This document shows, piece by piece, positions 53,297-64,000 of a DNA stretch of 64,000 nt; within the stretch, counting starts at the first letter, position 1; every line of letters begins with the position of its first letter. Location: the NCBI GenBank assembly GCA_000165425.1, contig CT868196.1, positions 248,001 to 312,000 on the forward strand, in the 5' to 3' direction. This stretch comes from Paramecium tetraurelia. Lineage: Eukaryota. The notes beneath the pieces were generated by a model, which worked only from the letters and a program-made list of their open reading frames with translations, had not been told where the DNA came from and did no database searches. The translations under genes were made by a program, and so were the position numbers.

Positions 53297-54619
53297 TCAC
53301 TTAAGGCGATTGATGGCCTCTTGGATGGTTTCAGTTGTTTTGCAGAAAGCCCATCTGACGTAGTTCTGGCCTAGTTATTTATTCTCATAATATGGAGAAC
53401 AAGGGATGCAAACAACTCCAAATTCATTAATCATGTAGTATGCAAAAGCAAAGTCTCTGGTTAATCTATTTCCATTGTCATCGAAATATTTCTCAGGGAT
53501 TTAGATTTGTGAAATATCAGTGACGACGAAATACCCTCCCTATGGAACCCAATAATTCATATTCAATCTACTCTCAACCAACCCTTTTAATAACATATTC
53601 GCTTATTCTTCATATAAGTTCTTAACTGATTAAAAGTACTTTCCATCCAGAGTTTAGTCTAAGCATTTTGCTGTTGCTGTCTGTATCACAGGATTCAAAC
53701 AAAATATATGATAAGTTTAAGCTGCCTTTATTCCTTTGATAATCTCTTCGTTTCCTACAGCAAATCCAACTCTTAATCCTGTGGATGAATACATCTTACC
53801 TGCACTTGTTACACAAACAGTTCTATCCTTTAATCTTGGATGTGTAATGCATCTAGGATAATTAAATGGCTGATATTTCCCAAAAGTAATATGATGATAG
53901 GCTGCATCCTCACAAACAACTACTTGAGGATGTTTATCAAGAATATCAGCTAATTAATTGTATTCTTCTGTACTGAATACTCTACGATAATCAAGAATAT
54001 TACTTTCCAATTGGATTCATTGGTGAATTCAACAAGAGTAGTTTAGTCTTTTTATTAATAACTCTCTCTAAATAATTGAAATCTAATTCCCAATCATCAT
54101 CTTAGGAGTATTAGAATTTGCCATCTTTGAATCTTTTGATGATTTCCTATTTGTTATTCAATTTTTTGGGAATGATTGGAATCCCAATATGTCTTGCACC
54201 TTGGAATTCTATCATAGGTCTGTATAAATCTATTTTAGGGTATTGTAGATACCGAAGGCAGGATCAAATAAAATTACTTCATCTCCTGGATTTAATACTC
54301 CTTACATTACACAGCTCAATACTGCCTAAGCACCTGAACTGACCATAATCTCTTTGTCCACATTAATTTTGCATCCAATTTGTTATTCGAAGAATTTAGA
54401 AGCTGAATGTAACAATTTTGGATGTCCAGATGTCATGGTGTATTGAAGAGATTCTGTTTATGCTTCTTCTGAAAGAGCATCTCTAATCATTTATGGGGAT
54501 GGGAAATTTGGGAATCCTTGGCCTAAATTTATGCATCCCTTTTAGTTTGCCAACATTGTAAACTTGGCATACATTTGAGGTTACAAGTAATTTAACATTC
54601 TGTTTGCTATTGGTTACAT
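53297..54619 (-). CDS. Class I PLP aminotransferase (kynurenine aminotransferase / glutamine transaminase K-like)
   Basis: INLGQGFPNF, YT..GHPKL, FDPAF, LLNSPMNPIGK, VVCEDAAY, SAGKMYSSTGLRVG (PLP Lys), PQGGYF. Confidence 0.92.
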
Positions 54620-54884
54620 ATTGATGTTTAGATATTCAATAATTATATAATTTCATAATATTTTCGATATAATTAGGATTTGATAACATTAACTATTATT
54701 TTATGAATATCCTATGTTCAACAGTAATTATCAACATTACTTCATAGTTTCTATTCTCAAATAAAATTAATTCCATACTCCTAATCCCCAAAGATTATTT
54801 TTATATTATTATTTTATCCTAACTAATTAATATTTACATAGATTAATTAATCTTTTTATATTTAATTATATAATATTAATGATT

Positions 54885-57800
54885 TCAAAACATAAACGAG
54901 TTTTGTATTGAGTATTATTGTATCAAATTTCTCTGATCAGAACGCATAATGTTAGAAACTAGTTCATCCTGAATGTTTATAGGGTTCCTAATAATTCTAA
55001 TATTATTTTGCTTCATAAGTTTAAGTTATGATTTGATTCTCTTAAATTTATTTATAACATTTTTCCTAGTTTCAGATCGGAGCTGTAAATGTTTTTTGAA
55101 AAAGGGACAATAATGTTAAAAATTCGGAAATCTTAAGGTTATTGCTATTCTTATTATATCAATTATATCCTAGTATCTGTTAATAAAGGCTATCAATATT
55201 TTGAATAATGTATATAGAAGAATAAATAATAATATTAACAACATCAAAATTTAAGTTAGATATTGTACTTCAATATAAGAATATTTCTAAGATGCCGATA
55301 TTAAGATATTTAATGAAATAAATACACAACATAAGATGATTCCAGATTTCTCAAGTTTATTCAAGTTTGATTTTGAAAAAGGTTTTAAAGAGTTTATTGA
55401 TGCATAATATCCTAATAATATTAAAATTGATATTAGATTTTTAAGGATTATCTTATCATTATCAAGAAAGAATAGAATAAAGATTAATGTTAATTTCATC
55501 TCCAAGGTTACTAATTCCCAAAAGTATAAATGTTCTTTATAATCACTGCATAGATATCCATATATTCCATAAGAAATATCGATATTCTTTGTTTCCTTAT
55601 TCTTTTTGTATATGAATGTGAAAAATAGTATAGGAATTACCAAAAATATCAGAATCATAGATGGCACTATGAACTACCATATCCAACTTTAATGTTCCTT
55701 TGTTTAGTATTAATACGCTAAATTAGCCCCTATCCAATCGATATTAGCAATGCTTCTTCTCTAAAGAACAATAGTCAATCTAAAAATATGTATAAATCTT
55801 AATACTCCTCCATTATATTTGGAATTGAATAGAAAACCAAAAAAATAAACGATGATTAAATAAACATAAGTTAAATATGAGAATTGTTGTTAATCCTCTA
55901 TATGGATGCATAAAAGAACAATAGAATACTCATCTAAAATATTGGAATAAGCATTGCCCAAACCATTTTTAAGTAAGGAATTTCTATCTCAAAGTTATCA
56001 GCCACAAAATTAATTAAAAATAATAATGTTTTTGATGACTTTCCTATTGGCCAAGCTAGGTCAGCAAAATCCTCATTAAATTTTAAGTGTGGCAATATTG
56101 GATATAGAATTTACATGAAATTTATTAACAACTTTAAACTAGTATTCAATTGATCTTCAGAATCATTAGATATTTACCTAATTCACATTGAAATAATATC
56201 CTGTGATGTATTGTCATGTACTTCATTCTTTTATACATTAAGTGCATCTCAGATTTAAGAAAGGAAATCACATATGTTACAATAAAGGTGCTAATATCAA
56301 TTTATTAATTACAATAGCATTAAAACAAAGGTGATTAAAAAGATTTCTTTTTGTTTCTCATTCTTTTAGCACACACCTGATAACGATTTTATATAGGAAG
56401 ATTGTCCCCTAACATTGTAAATATCGCATTCATTGCAAATAGCTCCGATGTATCCTACAAAACATGATTCTTAATTCACATTCCAACCTCCTAAACAAGA
56501 ACTAGGATTCTCGCATTATTCAATATAATGAGAGTAATAAGAAAGTCTCCAAAATCCTGAGAGTAACTCTATCTAATAGGAAGTCACTGATTTCATTTTA
56601 GTTGGATCTAATCTTTAACATTCTAATGAGTTTTTTGTTACTGAAAAATACCCTTTGTCAAAATCACATTTTAAACACTATTTGTTATTGTAGTATTCTC
56701 CAATACCACAAGGTAATGTTTTTATTTTGAAAATGAAATTGTAATTTTAAGGCATTTATTCACATTTTATTAATACCATCAAAAATATTGATTAATTAGA
56801 ATAAGGGTCTAAATAAAAACTGAAGTTATCCAGTTTATATGATTCCCAAATAGGATCAAACTATAATTAAGTCATATTTTCTTTTGAAGATGATGATATG
56901 ATTTCATAGTTAGTTTAATTTAGCTCAGAATTAACTTAATATTATGTGAGCGAACACTTATCACCTTAATCTTAGATAATCTTTTCACCTAATTAAGTAT
57001 ATTATTCAATTTATAATGATATAGTATAATTTGAATATTACATTGAAATTTTATCGAACACTTAAAACTCATTCAGCTTTTAACCACTAGCGACTTCAAT
57101 AAAAGTTTTGTTAACTCTCATCTAATTATGATTTACGATATAAGTTGGAATATCAAAAATTTCATCATTTTATATTTCTCTTTTATTGTCTATTGAAAAT
57201 CCGAACATATTCAGGTTTAAAAAATCAGCATGTTCTCGAATATTATTCAATCCAAAAAATCCATTATTTTCTAAAAATAGGATTTTTCTTCTTGTTTCTT
57301 TATTTACTTTAGAGTTCTCACAATAAATTGCCCCTCCAATGTTAGCAGAATTATTAACAATTAGTAAATTTTAAGCTTCAATTATAGATTTATTTAAAAA
57401 TATTGCTCCTGCTTGATTCATTATTTAGTTATTTTTCAAGATGCTGTTCTATATTAATAGCACACTTTAAGTTCCATATAATATTCCATTATTTTGGCCT
57501 TAGTTTTTTATAAAGAATGAATTTTATATTTTTAATTAAAGATTTTGAAAAATGAAGCACCAATATACACCACAATTGTTGTCATAAAATATGTAATCAT
57601 TCATTACTACTTTAGATTAATTTTGATTATTGAAAATTGCCATATATCCATTTTAGCAATAAGGACAAAAGTTATTTATAAATTAAATTGAATTTGATAT
57701 GATAGGGTTTGTGATTGAAGTGCAATTAATTTTCAAGAAATACTCTAATTAATATAACAAATTCATTTTCTCAAATTAAAAGTTTTACATAATAACCAAA

Positions 57801-60800
57801 TCTGCATTCTAAATTTCTATATTAATCAACTATTCAAACTGATTAAATATAGATAATGATACAAATTTAAGATTGCTAATTTTTAGACTATAAATTACAT
57901 TTAGTATAAAAATTGGTTGAGTTAAATAGCCTTCATATATAAAATCATTAATTAAAACAGAACTAGATTATACTTTATAAATACCTAAAAGAAGATGAAA
58001 TAAGGCCTTCATAATTACTTACACTTTGCCCTTTTTTTTAACTTCCAATTAGCTATTATAAAAGAGTGCTGTTCTCATTATTATTAATTACAATTTACTC
58101 TAATACAATTTTATTATTTTAACTATTAGAGGGAAATTTGAGTCTACAAAACAAATTATCTGCTGATATTAAATTTTTAAAGTTTAAATTTTTCATAAAT
58201 ACCTAATTTGAAATTGAAGATGGTATTAAATATAAAAAGGCTGCTTTTTTTTCTGCATATATATTTATCGCTGTAATATTTATGAAACTAAGTTATAGCA
58301 TAGATAATCTTCCATCAATTGTAAAAATTCCTCCTAATTATGTCATATAAAAGTTAGTTGTGGCTAGTTTTGTATTATTGAAAATACAATTTTACACATA
58401 AAGATTTCCTTATTACTTAAGTTGATTGTAAAAAAATCCATATTATGCACTATTGATATTGCTCATTCTTGTGTTAATAATTCTAATTTATTCAGCCATA
58501 AAAATAACGAATCCACAAATTGCATATAATTAACCAATAGCATTTTGAGTATTTATATCATCTACTTGAGTGTTGAACATAAAAATAGTTGTGGCATCAA
58601 CAACAACAATGGAATTAGATGAATTGTAAACATTTGCTATTTTAAATGTTAAATCATTAAAAATTACCTTAGATTTAGGCGATTTAATTCTTATTAAAGC
58701 TGCTTCCATCATCTCATTATTCGGAGATGGAGACCAAAAGTTGCAACTTTTAAATTTCCAATTCGTTATATTGATTTTAACTTCAGCATCAATTTGAATG
58801 AAAATCGCTGGGTTTATATAATTGAGTACATTAAAACTAGAATAATTTTCTAATAGTAATTCTGATATTTAAATGAAATTAGAAACACAAGAGTCGCATC
58901 TTATTATTAAAAATGAATCACTTGTTTGAATCCAATGTGATACTTATAATTAACTAATTTTTAAATAGGTAAATTCAGAAATATATATTACAGATCTTTA
59001 ATATTTAAATTTACCAATAGAATCCAATTGATTTACTTCATTTTCTATTTAAGAAATTTAGATATTAGTTAAACTTACTTCTTGGCAATTCTAAAAAATA
59101 AGTAAAGTAAACAATATGCTTTTTTCTATTATAAGATTTTTTATTTAACTATTAACATTTTAAAAACTGAGAATGGAATTATCATTAATAATTTCATTAG
59201 TCACCATAAAATTGATATTTTCTAAATTCCAATCTTATATGATAACATCTATTTAAACAAATTACTGTAAATTTTCAATTAGAAGAAATTTTGATGTATT
59301 AAATAACAGCCCTTAGCATATTAAATGAGTTATAGTTATTGTATAATTACTTAAGGAATATAAATAAAGGAATAAATTACTTTCTATTAACGTTAAGTTA
59401 TTTAATAACACCAAGTTTAGCCTCAAATTTTATAAACCTTATAATAATGAGGAATTGTAAAATGAACAATTTATTACCTTTAAATCTTGAATGGAAAATG
59501 AATTTATGCTATCACTTAATTAAAATAGAATGCTATCCTTAAAGGTGCAGTTTATGAATTTTATAAGGTTCATTTATATGATAATAATGCTAACTAATGT
59601 TTTTTGACTGAAGTATGAACTTGCTTTAAATGTGCAATTTATAAAAGTGAGATTGCTTATGAAGACACTATCATGTTAGTCAGATGAATGCAAAAGAAAG
59701 ATGCTTTCTATAAAAATACTATTAGTATAGAGAAAATCCTTGACTACTATTGTGGAATTTTCAAAATGGCTATTTATTATGAAGACTTAAGAATCCCTTA
59801 AGGTTATATTATATATTTTAAATAGTATAAGGCTAGTTAGAAGTGGTTAGTTTATTGTAAATAACTATTTAGAAATTATATTTGTAATTTTGCAATCTTC
59901 AATATAAAATTTTACTCCAAAATCGGAGTCAATTTTGAAATTATAATTATCTTTTGCTATGTTTAATTAATAACCTCTAACTTCAGATGCATTAGAAATA
60001 TTAGCTAATCCGACACCAAAATTATTATCAACCATTAATTGTATAGAATAAATGTTCACAGAATAGTAATAACTAAAAAGTGAATATAAATAATTAGTTC
60101 CCAGGTAAATCTATTAAGATATTTTACTGATGCTTTTTAAAATGATATCTTCAAAATCGTAAATTCTAATGGAAGTCTTATCATCCTAGGCTACAAAGGT
60201 TAGTCGCTCCTTTGTAACTTGATTAAAAGGTTTAATTAAACCACTCCTATAATCAATGTATGTTAAGTTTTAATCATAATTAATCAGACATTTAATAGCC
60301 TATGTTTTACTTGAATCTGTGACTAAAAAGTATGGGTTGTATAACTAATTTATGATGAAATATTACTGATATTAGATCTTAATCAAGTTATAAACAAAAT
60401 TTGCATAATTAAGGACATTAATAGCATTAACCGTTTTTCTAAGAATAAAAACTAGATTAGCCGGATGATAAAGTACATTTGAGGCACTACTTCTACCCAT
60501 TTACAATGGCACATTTATCACATTTAATACATTAGTCAATACATTAATTTTGAATTTTATCTAATAAATAGTTTGAGTTGCATTCTAAAATTTCCATATT
60601 ATAATAATCATTAAAAAGGATTGATAAATCATTCAAAGTTTAAGTATAATGTTAAAGAAAGCCATATAATAGTAACTTTTAATATTCGTGATAAAAGTCA
60701 ACTAATCCACAATCTGAAACCTAATAATCAGCACATTTATTACATAATCCATTAACTTTATTAATATAAAAACCTTAAGAGCATTTTATGCATACTAATA

Positions 60801-63119
60801 TACTAAATTTTGTATAGATACATTACTCACAATTTGGTAATTATTCTTAACAATTTTAGATCTATTAAAATTTAGTAATTAATTTATCAAATTAGGTTGA
60901 ATAACATTATAGTTCATTTTAATCATTAATGTAACTTTAACAGTCAATTTCATTATATTAAGGGAGACATTATTTCAGTCGAAATGAATAAACATATCCT
61001 TTTAAACATTAAGCACAACCAACTTCAAAATCGTCAGAAAGTATTCTTTTTTAAAATCCATCTCGTAAGATTGAATTCTCAATGCGGTTATATGAATTGT
61101 ATTAGAAACAATATTTACAATTGCTAATTGCACAAAATTAACATTATCCCATATAATTTAAGAAAAAATTATTATTATTTGAACATAAATAGCATTATCT
61201 ATTACTGCATTTCAAGCAGTTATTTTTACATGACGTATTAATGATATCTAAGTTCTACTTATTTTTAAGGCATTTTCCATTGCTAAAGTAATATCCTTCT
61301 AAACATTGTATGTAAGTTTCCTTATCTAAATGTAAATAAGAAGATAATTGACAAGTAACATCCAATTTATCTTAACATAATTTACATCCCTGACAAGGTT
61401 AAAGCTCCTAATTTTCAAAAATGTAATATTGATTTGCTAGTTTTTAATCTGTCATCATCTACACATATTGATAATTTGGATTGTTTTCATATTGATAGTA
61501 TATATCATAACATGCTGGATTATTGTAAATCCAATCAGTTGGTCTCATTAAGCAAGCAGAACATATAATCTAGTTATTCTGACTAGCTGATGGACTATCA
61601 TAATATATGTGAGTACCATTTATAGCAATTTTCATTGTATTCAAAATCTCCAAAGTTACAATGCTTCCTAAAGTCATCCTTTTGAAAGTTTTCCTCTAAT
61701 TTAATTTTAATGGAATCATTAGAAAATAATTTACAAATGTGATTGTTGAATTCCTTATACCACAACTAACATGAACAGGTGGATTCTCTGGGCTCATAGA
61801 CTCGATTAGAATTAGGTGGACAACTCAAACAATTATTTGAAAAGGGACCAAAACAAGTTTGACATGACATATGGCATTTTATAATAGATCTAGTATGATC
61901 TTAAAAGGATATAAGAGCAAATGATCTTGTTAATGAATTTGTTTCTATGAAAGTACCTCCAAAAAATAATCGATAGTAAATTAATTGGTATTAGTACACA
62001 TTTTCATATTATTAAGTAATTTTGTAATTGAATTCAGGATTTTCAAAATAAAAAGTAATAGTATTAATTGAGTAGTCAATATAAATAAAATGCCAAGTAT
62101 TAATGTATGAGTAATTATCTATTAGAATCTCTTTAGTAATTAAGACTAAAGAATTATCTGGGATCGAACGAACAAGAATTGGAATAATTTATGAATAAAA
62201 ACAGATTCTAAATATCCATTTATGTGATTCTTTATCGTAAACATAATCTAAAATAAAAGAATTAGATCCAGTTGCCATAAAGTCTTATGTAAATCTATTT
62301 GCAACGACTCTTAATATATGTATAATCTAATCGAAATTGCTATCATATAATGCTTATGCTTTGGCCCAAAAGGAGACTCTATAATCCTTTTGAGTTTGGG
62401 TCGAGATTGAATAAAATGAATTAGATACTCTTTCTTAAAATTCAGTGCTTTGCTCCTGTAATAAGACTGCATTGCTACCCTATAAGGAAGGGTAACCACT
62501 CCAAAGATATTTCAATTCTGACATTTATATTATTGCTGCATTCATTTTCCCTGGAAATTATTTTAACAGGATTTTAGTACCAGTCATCGGGTTGATATCC
62601 TAACTAAGTAAAATTGCTTACTGAATATATCCCTCCAGAGATTTATGTTACAACAAAATTAGGTTTGATGGTATTTGGAAAGGTAAAAGATTTTCTGTTA
62701 GTGTTTCCCCAAAATTATTCAACCATAACCTAGCCTGAATCTTAGTAATAGATAATAGTGCTAATCCTGATGCCCTCAATTTCCAAAGGTTGAAATTGGA
62801 AAGTACACTCTACCCACTTCCCTTCTGTATTGACCTGCACATGAAATACAACTAGCCTTTATTCAAATAGAATTTCCATATAAATGATATAATTCAACTC
62901 CTATTTGTCTCCGAAGTACCCACCCTACAAAAAGTAGTAATAGTCTTCATTCGATTATTCATAAAGATATTTGTTAATTCCCAGAGGGCAATATAATGAG
63001 AGAACTCCTGAGGCTTAGTTAGTTGAGGTCCATTTAAAAATATATGGTTATCTTGTTTGATCTTGGACTACTCGAATATCACCGAAGGCCATTCTTAATA
63101 GGGAAAAGATTAATATCAT
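54885..63119 (-). CDS. Giant (~2,700 aa) Cys-rich surface/membrane protein: signal peptide, furin-like Cys repeats, beta-helix-like repeats, C-terminal multi-TM domain
   Basis: MILIFSLLRMAFG; CHMSCQTCFGP..CLSC repeats; GGIF/AGAIF/GGAIYC motifs; C..GYIGAICNECD; YGYLCSDYKEHLYFWELV; hydrophobic C-terminal helices. Typical of an expanded ciliate family. Confidence 0.8.
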
Positions 63120-63143
63120 AATATATATTTTTATTATTATATT

Positions 63144-64000
63144 TCAATAATAAAATCTGCATTTTATCCTTTTCTAAAATGTTATATCTAACTCTACATA
63201 TTCTTCAAAGTCTTAAATTTCAAAAAGTAAATAGATTGGTGTTTGTAATAAGTTTTATTCCTCTTCCTTACTATTGAACATAATTGGAGAATAGAGCAAC
63301 TTAGCTTTCTATTTGATGCAAGTGACTTTCTCACCAAACACTTGTTCAGCGTAATTTATAAACCTTTCCAAATTATTGACCTGAGAACTAAAGTTTACAT
63401 CCCACCTGGACCAGAATGAGAAATTTTTTCCATTTATTTATTCATATTGACATTCTCCAGGTTCTGATTGAAGTGCATATGGAATAGCTAAATTTAAGAA
63501 CATATTCTTAAACGTCTCTAATTTTAGGTTCTCATCAATCATCAACTTTTTGATTACTTTCACCAATTCGATAGTTTATAAACCTGCTATGCAAGCACTT
63601 GTTGTAGCCATTGCAGGAACAATCTAAAATATAATATAAATTATTTACTCTTCCTGCCTTCAACTTCGTGGTCAGCCAATCCAAAGGTTCTAATCCATAA
63701 TTTTAAGCTCTGCAATTCAAGGCAGCTTATATAAATTCAACATGATGGTTGTCATCTTCATCCTTCTCAAATTGTATAGGCTATGGTAAAAAGTCTAAAG
63801 GCTTTAGTAATTTAGGAGTTGATTCAGTCACTTCGTAATAGTCCTTAAAATATTCCACTATTTAATTGATTAATTCCTATTGACTTTACTACTAAGTGTC
63901 CTGATTACCTTCTTCTTGAGCCTTGGCTTATGCATCCTTTTATACTTAATCTTGTATCTACTATAACTTTTCTTTGTTTTCTTTGTATTCTTTAGGTTTG
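63144..64000 (-). CDS. Ubiquitin-activating enzyme E1 (UBA1-type), 3' end only
   Basis: [66 protein letters not shown]. Confidence 0.9.

Overview
Very AT-rich, gene-dense eukaryotic DNA from an oligohymenophorean ciliate, most likely Paramecium macronuclear sequence. TAA/TAG encode Gln and TGA is the only stop. Genes are split by tiny (~20-30 nt) GT..AG introns and many intergenic spacers are only 15-100 bp. The supplied ORF track uses the standard code, so it shows only fragments and several antisense artefacts. Re-reading by hand with the ciliate code gives about 33 protein genes, two tRNA genes (Gln-CUG, Leu-AAG), one probable pseudogene, a (TAA)17 microsatellite and two 150-N gaps. Recognisable products: CHD remodeller, Vps16, tesmin/CXC, TMEM237-like, kinesin, MT-A70/MTA9-like, PAS membrane protein, MFS transporter, three RING E3s, Snu13, myosin, cytosolic carboxypeptidase, ZIP transporter, MDH, ankyrin-DHHC, cNMP-binding protein, UBA5, UPF0193, ATE1, TTLL, kynurenine-type aminotransferase, a giant Cys-rich membrane protein and an E1 C-terminus. 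No transposon, CRISPR, rRNA or telomere was seen, and I found no clear multi-gene novel system. Best leads: a bromodomain-like insert nested inside chromodomain 2 of the CHD; a GPI-type surface protein with an EGF-like plus GAIN/GPS-like region but no 7TM; a box C/D (K-turn-like) motif just 3' of the Snu13 stop; and a catalytically degenerate MTA9-like 6mA methyltransferase subunit. All family calls come from motif recognition by eye, and boundaries are manual and may be off by a few bases.
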